DNA of 64,000 bases from the human T2T-CHM13v2.0 reference genome, Homo sapiens. Made by a program: the position numbers and the translations under genes. Below are positions 27,752-40,495 of this stretch, one piece after another. The DNA is taken from NCBI RefSeq assembly GCF_009914755.1, contig NC_060926.1; one strand, 5' to 3'. How positions within the stretch are numbered: the first letter of the stretch is position 1; each line of letters begins with the position of its first letter. The notes under the pieces were generated by a model that did no database searches, was not told where the DNA came from, and worked only from the letters and a program-made list of their open reading frames with translations.

Positions 27752-28090
<339 letters not shown>

Positions 28091-28889
28091 CTATCTGTGT
28101 TAAAGAAACCAAATCAATAATTAATAACCTTTCAAAATAGAAAGCACCAGGCCCAGATAGGTTCACCAGTGAATTCTACAAACATTCAAGGATGAAATTA
28201 TATCAAAATTCTACAGTCTCTTCCAGAAAATGGAAGCAGAGAGAATACTTCCTAACTCATCCTAAGAGGCCAGCATTACCCTAATACCAAAATCATACAA
28301 AGCCATTATAAGAAAATAAAACTATGGGACCAATATTTCTCATGAACATAGATGCAAAATTCCTCAACAAAATAAAAGCAAGTAGAATCTAACAATGTAA
28401 ACAAAGGATTATACACCAAGACAAAGAGGGATTTATCCCAGGTATGCAAAGCTGGTTTAATATTCAAAACTTATTTAGGTATATAAATTATCACACCAAC
28501 AGGCTAAAGAAGAAAAATCACATGATTATATCAATAGATGCAGAAATCACATTTGACGAAGTACAACACCCATGGTAAAAAACTCTCAGTAAACTAGTAC
28601 TAGAGGGGAACTTCCTCAACTTGATAAAGAACATCAGCAAAAAACCTATAGCTAACATTATACTTAATGGTGAGAAACAGCTTTCCTGCTAAGATCAGGA
28701 ACAAAGCAAGGATGTCTCCTTTCACCACTCTTTTTTCAACATTGTGCCAGAGTCTTAGCTAATGTGATAACACAAGCAAGGGAAATGAAAGGTATACAGA
28801 TTGGAAAGGAGAAAAAAATATATTCTCTGTTTGCAGATGACATGTTTGTCTATATAGAAAATCTGAAAAGAATAAGCAAAAAATTTCTA

Positions 28890-29193
28890 GGCTGGACATA
28901 CTGGTTCACACCTGTAATCCTAGCACTTTGGGAGGCCAAGATGGGTGGATCACTTGAGCCCAGGAGTTCAGAGACGAGCCTGGGCAACATGACAAAACCC
29001 TGTCTCTACCAAAAATACAAAAATTAGCTGGGCATGGTGGTGCATGCCTGTAATCCCAGCTACTTGGGAGGCTGAGGTGGGAGAATCGCATGAATCTAGG
29101 AGGTGGAGTCTGCAGTGAGCCTAGATCACACAACTGCACTCTGGCCTAGTTACAGAGCAAGGCTCTGTCTCAAAAAAAAAAAAAAAAGAAAGA
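28890..29193 (+). mobile_element. AluJb/S
   Basis: Full dimer containing cacttgagcccaggagttc, with an A tail. Confidence 0.93.
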
Positions 29194-29322
29194 AATTTAA
29201 AAATTAGAAAATCAATAATTATACTAAGGTTGCAGGATACAAGGTTAATATACAAAAGCCAGTCACTTTCCTAGATACCTACAAAGAACAAGTGGAACTT
29301 GAAATTAACACACAATACCATT

Positions 29323-31974
29323 CAGCTAGTATCATACCGAATGTGAAGAAACTGAAAGCCTTCCCTCAAAGATCTGGAACACAACACAGACACCCACTAT
29401 TACCACTGTTGATTCAGCATAGGACTGGAAGTCCTAGCTAGAGTAATCAGACAAGAGAAAGAAATACAGGGCATCCAAATTGGAAAGGAAGATGTCAAAT
29501 TATGCTTGTCTGCAGATGATATGATCTTGCATTTGAAAAAAAACCTAGATTCCATAAAAAACTATTAGAAATGATAAACTCAGTAAAGTTGCAGGATACA
29601 AAATCAACATAGAAAAATCAGTAGTATTTCTATATGCCAACAGTGAACAATGTGAGAAAGAAATTAAAAGAGTAATCCCATTTACAATAGCAACACGTAA
29701 GATAAAATACCCAGGAATTACCCAAATAAGTGAAAGACCTCAATAACGAAAACTATAAAACACTGATGAAATAAATTGAAGAGGACATCCAATAATGGAA
29801 TGACATTCCAGGATCATGGATTGAAAGAATCAGTATTGTTAAAATGTCCATAATATTCAAAGCAACCTATAGATTCAATGCAATCCCTATCAAAATACCA
29901 ATGACATTGTTCACATAAATAGAAAAAAAATCCTAAAATTTATATGGAACCCCAAAAGACCCAGTATAGCCAAAGCTATCCTAAGCCAAAAGAACAAAAC
30001 TGGAGGAATCACATTACTTGACTTCAAATTATACTACAGAGCTATAGTAACTAAAGCAGCATGGTACTGGCATAATGATGGACACATAGACCCAGTGGAA
30101 CAGAATAGAGAACCTAGAAACAAATCCACACACCTACAGTGAACTCATTTTCAACAAAGGTGCCAAGAACACACACTGGGGAAAAGATAGTCTCTTCAGT
30201 ATATGGTGCTGAGAAAACTAGATTTCCATATGCAGAAGAATGAAACTAAATCCTAGACTTCTGTATCTTGCCATATGTAAAATCAAATCAAAAGTGTTTA
30301 AAGGCTTATGAAATTACTATAAGGAATCATTGGGGAAAATCTCCAGGACATTGGGCAAAAATTCCTTCCTTCCTTCCTTCTTTCCTTCCTTCCTTCCTTC
30401 CTTCCTTCCTTCCTTCTTTCCTTCTTTCTTTCTGACAGAGTCTTGATCTATCACCCAGGCTGGAGTGCAGTGGCGTATGTCTGCCCACTGCAACCTCCAC
30501 CTCCTGGGTTCAAGCCTTTCTTGCATCTCAGCCTCCCAGATAGCTGGTATAACAGGTGTGTGCCACCATGCCCCACTAATTTTTGTATTTTTAGTAGAGG
30601 CAAGGTTTCACCATGTTGGCCAGACTAGTCTTGAACTCCTGGCCTCAAGCAATCCACCCCCCTAAGTGTCACAAAGGACTGGGATTATAGGTGTGAGCCA
30701 CTACGCTTGGCCCAAAAATTTATTTAGCAATACCCCACAAACAGAGGCAGCCAAAGCAAAATTGGACTAATGGTAGCACATCAAGTTAAAAAGTTTCTAC
30801 ATAGCAAAGGAAACAATCAACAAACTGAAGAGACAGCCCACCAAATGGTGGAAAATATTTGCAAACTACCCATCTGACAAGAAACTAATAACCAGAATAT
30901 ATGAGTAGCTAAACGACTCTATAAGGAAAAAAATATAATAATCCTATCAAAAACTGGGCAAAAGATTTGAATGGACATTTCTCTGAAGAAGACATACAAA
31001 TGGCAAACAGGCATATAAAAAGGTGCTCAACGTCATTGATCATCAGAGAAATACGAATTAAAACTACAATGAGATATCCTCTCACTGCAGTTAAAGTGGC
31101 TCATATCCAAAAGACAGGCAATAACAAATGCTGGTGAGGGTGTGGAGAAAAGGGAAACTTTGTACACTGTTGGTGGGAATGCAAATTAGTACAGCCACTA
31201 TGGAGAACAGTTTGAAGGTTCCTCAGAAAACTAAAAATACAGCTACCTCATAATCCAGCAATCTCATTCACAGGTGTATACCCAAAAGAGAGGAAATCAG
31301 TATATCAAAGAGATATATGCACTACCGTGTTTGTTGTGGCACTGTTCATAAGAGCTAAGATTTGGAAGCAACCTAAGTGTCCACCAACAGATGAATGGAT
31401 AAAGAAAATGTGGTACATACACACAATGGAGTACTATTCAGCTGTAAAATAGAATGAGATTCTATCATTTGCAACAACATGGCTGGAACTGGAGATCATT
31501 ATGTTAAGTGAAATAAGCCAGGCATAGAAAGACAAGCATAGCATGTTCTCACTTATATATGTGAGCTAAACAAATTAAAGCAATTGAACTCATGATGATA
31601 GAGAGTAGAGGAATGGTTACCAGAGGCTGGGAAGGATAGTGGGGGTGAGGTGGGGATGGTTAATGGGTACAAAAAATAGTTAGAAAGAGGGAATAGGACC
31701 TAGTATTTGATAACACAACAGGATGAATATAGTTAATAAAAACTTGCTTGTACATTTAAAAATAACTAAAAGAGTGTAATTGGATTGTTTGTAATACAAA
31801 GGGATATGCCTGAGGGGATGGATATCCCATTCTCCATGATGTGATTATTTCATTGCATGCCTGTATCAAAGCATCTCATGTACCTCATATATATATATAA
31901 AATATGAGATACATATATGATATATATATTATGTACCCAGAAAAACTTTTAATAAGAATATATCAGAAAAAAAT
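29323..31974 (+). mobile_element. 5'-truncated L1MA2-like LINE nested in the older L1
   Basis: Second copy of the RT region; L1MA1-3 type 3'UTR (ggatggttaatgggtacaaaaaatagttagaaag...gcatgcctgtatcaaa); TSD cacaataccatt (29311-29322) / cacaatgccatt (31975-31986). Confidence 0.88.
30364..30712 (-). mobile_element. AluS/Jb with a (CCTT)n tail, inside L1MA2
   Basis: Antisense Alu; TSD caaaaatt (30356-30363 / 30713-30720). Confidence 0.93.
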
Positions 31975-32862
31975 CACAATGCCATTTACATTAACACCCC
32001 CTAAATTGAAATATTTAGGTATAAACCTAACAAAATATGTATAAGATCTATATAAGGAAAACTACAAAATTCTGGTGAAAGAAATCAAAGAGGAACTCAG
32101 TAATGGACAGATACTCCTTGTTCATGCACAGGAAGACTCATATTGTCAAGATGTCAGTTCTTCCAATTTCATCTATGCATCAAATATAATCCCAATCAAA
32201 ATCTTAGCAAGGTATTTTCTGGATATTGAAAACTAACTTTAAAGTTTATTCAAAGAGGCAGAAGAGCCACAATAGTCAACACCATATTGAAGGAGAAGAA
32301 CAAAGTTGGAGGGCTGATGCTACCTGGCTTCAAGACTTGCTATAAAACGATCATAATCATGACAGTGTGGATTGGTGAAAGAATAGACAAGTAGATAAAT
32401 GGAACAGAGAGCCTAGAAATAGATCCCCATAAAATACAGTCAGCTCATCTTTGTGAAAGGATCAAAGGCAAAACTGTAGAGCAAAATCAATCTTTTCAAC
32501 AAAAGGTGCTGGAACAAATAGACATAGACACACAAACGCAAAAAAAAAATAGAAGAAGAAGAATCTAGACAAACACCATATACCCCTCATAGAAATTTAC
32601 TCAAAATGGATTAAAAACCTAAATGCAAAATGCAAAACTATAAAAGTTCTACAAGATAACATAGGAGAAAATCTAGATTATCATGGGACAGTGATGACTT
32701 TTAAAATACATCATCAACGGTGCAATTCATGAATGAAAATATTTGATAAGCTGGACTTCATTAAAGTTAAAGACTTCTGCTCTGTGGAACACACTTCCAA
32801 GAGAATAAGAAGACATTAAGTGTCAATAAACCTTTTTAAAAGGAAATAAATACATGCACTAA

Positions 32863-33175
<313 letters not shown>

Positions 33176-33829
33176 AACAATGAATTCTTTTAAGGACTGT
33201 TATCTAAAATGTATAAAGAACTCTTTAAACTCAACAATAAGCAAATGAATAACCCAATTAAAAATGGGCAAAAGACCAGAATAGACAACTCACCAATGAA
33301 GACATACAAATGGCAAAGAAGCATATGAAAAGATGCTCAACATCATATGCTATTAGGGAACTGCAAATTAAAACAATGAGATAGCACTACACACCTATCA
33401 AAATGGCCCAGATCCAAACCCTTACAACCCCAAATGCTGGTGATGATGTGGAGCAACAGGAACTCTCATTCACTATTGGTGGGAATGCAAAGTGGTGCAG
33501 ACACTTTAGAAGAAACTGGAAAACTAAGTATGCTCTTACCATGTAATCCAGCAACTGCAAGTCCATTCTGTTTATCCAAATGGGTTGAAAATGTACATCC
33601 ACACAAAGAACTGCACATGGATGTTTTTAGCAGCTTTATTCCAAATTTCCAAAACTTGTAAGCTATCAAGATGTCTTTGAGTAAGTGAGTGGACAAACTG
33701 TGGTACATCCAGACAATGGAATATTATTCAGCACTAAAAAGAAATGAGCTTTTAAGCCATGAAAAGACAAGAAGGAACCTTAAATGCATATTATTCAATT
33801 GGAGGCCACCCCCAATGCCTTCACCAGCT

Positions 33830-34110
33830 CCCAAATGCCTCTCGCCTCTGCACCTTCGAGCCTTTGCCCAGGCGTCCCCTCTGCCTGGATGTCCTTCCCT
33901 TCTTTGCCCAGCACACTCCCACCAAAACAGCCCCCCAAGGCAGGATGCAGCTCATGGTCCCAGTGGTGGACGGCTGTTCCGAGCTTACCTAAGGGTTTCC
34001 CTTGCTGCCTGCAGCCTCCTCTTGGGGAAGGAGCATGTCTTGTCTCTCCTGTCCACCCACTTCCCAATGCACGGTTCCTGGCATGCAGTGGGGTCGGGAC
34101 ACGCGTTCTG
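33830..34110 (+). mobile_element. L2 3' fragment
   Basis: gcctttgcccaggcgtcccctctgcctggatgtccttcc...catgtcttgtc...cacggttcctggcatgcagtgg. Confidence 0.6.
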
Positions 34111-34214
34111 AGCACTTCAGAGGGCTGGCGAGGCACAGTGTCCCTGAATGTCCTCAGAGTCTGGGTCTGGCCCAGCCACATTCTTGAGGATGGGAAGCTG
34201 GAGAGGTAGAAATG

Positions 34215-34398
34215 TCTGGACTGAAAGCCCAGCTGGTCACATAGAAGCTGTTGTACTGGACACTTCACCTAATGCCTCCAAGCCTCACCTTAACATGGGA
34301 GCTCAGCTCCTCCTCTGCAGCCTGTGGTAGTGAGCAGGTGAGGTCGTGTATGTGAAGACTTAGAGCAGATGTACCTTGGACATAGGACATGCTCAACT
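34215..34398 (+). mobile_element. MIR
   Basis: Degenerate MIR order of motifs ending cataggacatgctcaa. Confidence 0.5.
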
Positions 34399-36968
34399 TC
34401 TTCTTCCTGTTAATCCTTCCTTTACACCTGAGGGACACTGGCCAGGCCAACCAGTGTCCTCTGTTTTCTCATGATCAATGGGAATAAGAGCCCTACCACT
34501 GCCCAGCCCCTAAGGGGTGGTGAGGGTGCAGACGGTTCATGATGACAGTTGCTGGGAGCTACAGGAGAAGTGAGGAGGGCTGGTGGGCCTGTGGCAACTT
34601 CCCACAGCTCACAGGAGGGCTGGAGCTGACCTGGCCGCTCCGCTCTGCTGCAGAAACAACAGCTGCTGCTCCCTGGGCTCTGGGATGTGTCTGCAGTAGC
34701 CTGGGGACACCAGAGCCCCAACCCAGTGGAGCCCCTGCCCTGCCGTTCTGTGTTCTCCAGTGCAAGCCCCGAGCTGGTGTGCATCTCTCTTGCTTTAGGG
34801 ATATAAAACTCTTTCATTTCCAAAATAAAGAGAACAAAGCCTCCTCATGGCAACAATTATGCAGTCATAAGAGGAGACTTAATGGGCCCTCATTAAGAGT
34901 TGCGCTCAGGGAATGACAGCTCTGACAGCTGCCAGTACTGACTGTCGTAGAGTCATGGCGCTGTTCCCTGAGGGAGCATCACCCCTTCCCCTGAGCTGCA
35001 GCTGCTCCTCCGGGAATGGGGCTCACAGGAAAAAAGACCCAAGAGCAGACCTCTGGAGCCGCCAGAGCCAGTCTGGTCTCTCAGAGCGGCCTCGGATGGT
35101 GTGTGGCCACATTTGTGGCACTTGCTGTCTGATCAGAGAAGCAATGAACATATGCCAGGCCTGGATCTCACAGGCATCTAGGCTGGTCTGACAAATCCTT
35201 GGCCACATCTGACCACATCTGTGCCTGTCATGCTGCATTTGTTCCTACTGAGCCAAGGCCGTATCAGAATTCTTCAAATAGCCCTCCAGACAGCCAGGCT
35301 AGGGTGGCCAGGGAGTGGTGACTGGCTCTACATTCCCCATAGAGTCCATTTCGCCTCATCCCTGGATGGATGTCACCCTGGGACCCAGAAAGGGGTGTGA
35401 CCTGAGGAACAGCCACTGCCAGATCCCGGTGTCCTCGCACCCTGGCATGGTTGGGTCTGTTTCCACACCTCACTTGTCCATGGGGAGAAAGCAGTGATTC
35501 AGGCCTGGATGAGGGACATGGACAGACACTCAGGATCTTCCTCCTGAGCCCTGTTTCCTCTTGCTCAGGAGAGGAGTTTGAATTGCTCCCTTATTCCCCC
35601 AAAAGTCCATGTAAGCCCATGCCACTGCCAGCTGGAGCTCCAGGTTCATGATTCAGGAAAGCCAGAGCACCATACGCCCCTTTATTCCTGTCCCAGCTGT
35701 GTCTCTCCTGGTTGAACTGTGCCTCGAAAGCATAAGGATTCAACCATTTTAGTCCCATGGATGGAAGCCGGCCCCTCTGCATAGAGTGGCACGGGGCAAG
35801 AGTTTGAACACTCCTAGGAGTATGGCACAGGTCACCTGTGGGGTGAAGACATAAGTGTGTTTGCAAGTGGGTGGGTGGCTGGGAACTGGAGGATTTGGCT
35901 GAGCCAAAGATGGGCTGGGTTTGCCCATCTTAGGGTTGTTGGCCTGGAGCTCAATTGCTCTGTGATGGAGGAAGGTGACTCTGGAGCTCTCCCAGGCAAG
36001 GAGAGGGGCAGAGGGACAGAGAGAAGAAAGGGATGTGGGAAAGACAACACACAACCCCTTCCGTGAGGCTCTCTGGATCTTCAGTCATGCAGTCGGAACT
36101 CTGGGAGATGTCCCCTGAGCCCGGGAAGCAGGATAGGTCAGGAGAAGGCCCTAAGGAAAGGCTTTGGATACTACCTGTGGCCACACTCTCCTACAGGCCA
36201 AGGAGAGACAGACAGAGAGGGGCTCTGGGCAGCCAGTGGCACTGAGCTCTCAGGGTCGAGGTCTGGGGCAATATCCAGGCCACACTTTCATTCTGTAATG
36301 GCCACATAATAGAGTGCAGAGTGCTGGCTAAAGAGTGGGTAGCTTCCCTGGTTCAAGGCCAGCCTCTGGCAGCTGCCACTTTTTTTTTAATTGAGCAGTG
36401 GCCAACCTGCACAACAGGCCCCTTACCACATGCCAACACTGGGTACAGCCTGTGTTGTAGGGGTCTTGGGAACTTGAATGTTGAATGCACCCCTTTGCTC
36501 TATCTCTCACTGGGGACCCCTTATTGGGCTGTCGTGGTTTGTGCTCCGTTCACTGGGCCAGCTCCTCCCTGCCCCCAGCCCAGGCTTGGCACTGCATCCG
36601 GAACTCAGATGGGGGACGGTAGCAGCTTTCAGGAAACTGCCCAGTGACAGGACTGGGCATCGTGCAGGGGGTGACTCATGTTCTAGTCTGCAGTTTTGAC
36701 AGAATGCTTCTAAAAGTTTCGTGAGAAAAGGTGCAATAGAAGAAAGGATGTCTGCAAATGTCTTTAATGCATCCCCACATTTAGCCAAATGAGTGGCTGC
36801 CGTATTCAACGAGGTCTGAGCTGCAGACAGCTGTCTCTAGCGGGGCTGGTGGGTTGACCCCTTTGGCTTCCAGTTGCTAGGCAGCTCTCCTGACTTCGTG
36901 GATACCCCCCTCTCCTGTACTCACCACCTCTGCTGCAACATCCTGTCACTCAGGAACTCCAACAATCC

Positions 36969-37152
36969 AACCCCATCTCTACTAAAAACAAAAAACTAGC
37001 TGGGTGTGGTGGCAGACGCCTGCAATCCCAGCTACTTGGGAGGCTGAGTCAGCAGAATTGCCTGAACCTTGGAGGTGGAGGTTGCTGTGAGGTGAGATCG
37101 CGCCACTGCACTCTGGCCTGGGCAACAGCCTAAAACTCCATCTCAAAAAAGA
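36969..37152 (+). mobile_element. 5'-truncated AluS (linker plus right arm)
   Basis: Starts at aaccccatctctactaaaa; 14-bp TSD aactccaacaatcc (36955-36968) / aactccagcaatcc (37153-37166). Confidence 0.92.
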
Positions 37153-38309
37153 AACTCCAGCAATCCTCACAAACAAACAAGATAACAGGCAAAGAACATG
37201 CTAACAAACGGCAGCTTTGATGACCAGGAAAGCACATGGAGCTCCCATTCCAGGAATGTAATTTAACTGGATGTGCCTCCTTGGGAAAAAAAGAACAAAA
37301 AAGAAACTCCTAGTAAGAAAAAAAGCCCGGCCCTGCTTCTGCCAAACTCAGCTCTGGCAGCAGCTGCTCCTGTTTGGAAAGACCTACATCCCAGGAATAT
37401 AAATTTTTTATTGTGATTTTATTTTATTTGTTGATGCAGAGGGTTTTTATTTTATCTTTTGAACCAGTAGCAGCAGCGGGAGAGGGAGAAATGGGGGAGC
37501 TGCAAAGCTGGCTGGGGGTGTTCTCCCTCCTCTGCTGGGGGTGGAGATGACACCTGAGCCCCCTTCGCTGGGCTTGCTGGCCACGCAGGCTCCTGTCTCT
37601 GCCATGGCGTGGGGACTTGTGGTATTGGGAGGGAAAGAAGAAGTAAAGAGTGGGTGGGGGCAGAGGAGCAGGGGTGTCCAGGGGTGTTTGGCCCAGAGCA
37701 AACCCCTGGTGCTCCCACATTCCGGGTCCGTGTCATCTGCTAGGACAGGCACAGTGGGAGGGGTGTGCCCCCTGCCCATCCTTGGGGAGGTTCGAATGGA
37801 CTAGATCCAGTCCAACCCCCCAGCTGCAGTGGAGGAAGCAGAGGCCAAGTCCCTGCGGAAGCTGCCCAGGACCCGCTGAGTGGCGATCTCAGGGTCAGAC
37901 ACCCTACATGCACCCAGGACTGAGGGTATGTGTGCTTCTCCTGTGCTGCCTGGGAAAGAAACAGGAAAGACCACGGGCGTCCACCCCCAGGGAAAAGGGT
38001 GAAGAAAGTGCGGGGCCCTGGCTGGGTCTCTCTGGGTGTGCAAGGAGAAGCCAAGGCGTCACAGGAACCCAGGAGGTGGGGAGGATGCAGAGCAGGACCT
38101 ATTATTCCTATCATTAAGTATCGATTCTTCTTTATGAGAAAACAACAAATATCTGGTGCCTGAATATGAATATGAGTTTTAAAAGATCCAGAGGAGTACC
38201 CAAGAAATTGTTCATGATTATTAGGGAAAGGGAAACATTTTATCTTAGACATTTGGTATGGCTTGAAGTGTATTTTTTTCGGAGGGTGGCATGTATTATT
38301 TTTATTAAA

Positions 38310-38480
38310 CGGTAGTAGCTGAAGTGGTTACCTCTAGAAACAGAGATTTGTTTTGTGGGAGGGTTAGGTGGTTAAGAGACATATTAGCACTGCCTGTAAT
38401 ACTTCAAGTTTTTCTAACAAAATGATATATTCTTGGACAATTTAAAAAATCTTTAAACTCTAATAAATAAACAAAAACAA
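38310..38480 (+). mobile_element. Old L1M 3' terminal fragment
   Basis: agtggttacctct... followed by an A-rich tail with aataaa. Confidence 0.5.
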
Positions 38481-39469
38481 AGCAACTCCTGGCTGCAGCC
38501 TGTGGCCTTTTCTCCCCTGCACACCCTGCCTGGGAGCTCAGGTCTTAGGAAGGCAAGCCCCTGCCTGCAGCTTGCCTTCCTAAAAGGCCTCACTGACTTC
38601 TCAGCATCTGTGTGCTGTGGCCAGGGCAGATCAGCACCTGGATCCCAGCTCCATGGGGCTCCAGGAAGGCTCAGAGGGCACAGCGCTTACTCAAACCTGC
38701 TGTCCGCTCTCAGAGGAGCAGGGTGGGAGCCCAGGAGCCTGGCCCAGCTCCCCAGCAATGTATGACACTCCTGGCACTGGTCCCGGCCCCCCAGACAGAC
38801 AAAGCACCATCCTAGTCTCCAAAGTCCTCTAATCCCCGGTGGTTGTTTGCTTCCCAAAGGAGCCCTAGTGGACCCTGAGCCAGCAGTCCACACCTTTGCC
38901 CAGGGTGAGCTCCGACTCAGCTCTCTTGCTCCTTTCCCCTCACCCATGGCCCCTCTGGTTCCTGAGGCTGAGGGACATGGGCTTGTGAGGGGAGGGTTCT
39001 TGGGGGAGGCATCCCAGGCCCATTCCCGGTGCCAAACTCCCCTCCCTCTCCCCCCATTTCCCCATCCCCTCTGCTCCTCAGTGGCTGGCAGGTGGCATTG
39101 TTCAGCACCTGACAGCTCCCCACACTCCCACAGCTCCTGCCTCCTGCACTGTTGTGTCAATTTGGACAGCTGTCGTGCCAGCTCTGAAACACACCCAGTG
39201 TTTCCTACCCAATTCTGGAGGCCCCACTCTGCTCCAAGCAGCCTGGTGACCTTGGATGTCCTTTTTCCTGTCTGGGCCAGGGATCCCACCTGGGTTGAAG
39301 AGAGCAGGGACAGTGTGGTGCAGCAGGAGCCTATTCCCATACTGTGCACTCGCTGAGAGCTTGTTTCCCCTGGGACATGAGAGATGCACCACCTTCCTGC
39401 CCAGCTGGGCAAGAACATCAGGAGAGCCAAGGGTTACAGGAGGCCTGGAGGAAGCAGTGTTTTCAGTAA

Positions 39470-39890
39470 TGCAATATGCAGCATTGACCAGCACTGCAGC
39501 ATACCAGGTGCAATGCTAGGGGATAACAGATCATGGAGAAAGGGCTGCGGCACACAAGAGCTCACAGTGCAGCAGAGTGGCCAGCAGACAAGTGGCTGGA
39601 GAATGATGTGAGAAATTCCACAGTGAAGACATTTGAAGGCAGCAAGACAGGGCTTTGAGTTCTGCCTAGGGGAGCTCAGAAGCCTTTGCAGAGGTGGGGG
39701 AATTTGAGTTGGGCTTTAAAGGATGACTAGGAGTTCACCAATTTGAGGAGACTAGAGGGGTCTGGCAGCAGCCAAAGCAAAGAGAAAGCAACACACTTTT
39801 CACCTAGAGAGGCATCAAAGGGCAGTGGTGGAAAATGAGGCTGGAAATACTCCCCAGATAGTGTTGAGCCTTTGTATTTGTGAGGGTGCT
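39470..39890 (-). mobile_element. L2 fragment
   Basis: ccaggtgcaatgctagggga...caagagctcacagt...atttgagttgggctttaaaggatgactaggagttcacca. Confidence 0.65.
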
Positions 39891-39952
39891 TTTGGCTGTC
39901 AGTAAACGAATTGTCCAATAAAGTGTATAAACATACATCATGTCTTACCGTG

Positions 39953-40002
39953 TGATATAGTTTGGATGGTCCCTCCAAATCTCATGTTGAGATGTAATCC
40001 TC
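39953..40002 (+). mobile_element. MST-type LTR 5' stub
   Basis: tgatatagtttggatggtccctccaaatctcatgttgagatgtaatcc matches the first ~50 nt of an MST LTR. Confidence 0.7.
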
Positions 40003-40349
40003 TTGACTGCCAGAGCCTTGAATGTGAAGACACTTAGGCCACAGTGGGAGGGAGAACCATTAGGGCTCAGAGCCCAGGGTGTCTGGTTGAGAAGGAGGCA
40101 CTGATGTCCTTGGTTGCTCCCAGCACCTCCCTTTGAGTCCTCACTCTGTTCCTAGGAAGCAGCAGCAAAGCTGTGTCTGAGCTGCAGCCCTTGAGGTTCA
40201 GGCTGAGGATGGATCAGCGATGCAGGCAGCAGGGCCAGAGCAACAGCCTCATGGATTCTGGCCTTTCCTGAGTCCCCAGGGAGAGGCCCCTGCACTGGCA
40301 GCACTTTGCAGCAGCCTGGAGGAGTAGAGCTGGCCTTGTGCTCTGTGGA

Positions 40350-40495
40350 GTGCCACGCGCAGGCCCTGAGCAGGTGTGCTGCACAGATGACCTCATCGAA
40401 TCCTCAAAGTGACCACCTCCTAGAGTGGACACTATCACTACACCCACATCACAGACAAGGCAACTGAGGCCCAGCAAGGCTCCACACACAGCTGA
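40350..40495 (-). mobile_element. MIR
   Basis: ctcatcgaatcctca...cccatcacagacaaggcaactgaggcccag. Confidence 0.6.

Noticed and set aside
38687-39430. 247-aa ORF
   Set aside because: Low-information composition rich in G/W/S/C, with overlapping ORFs in several frames; expected by chance in GC-rich DNA.
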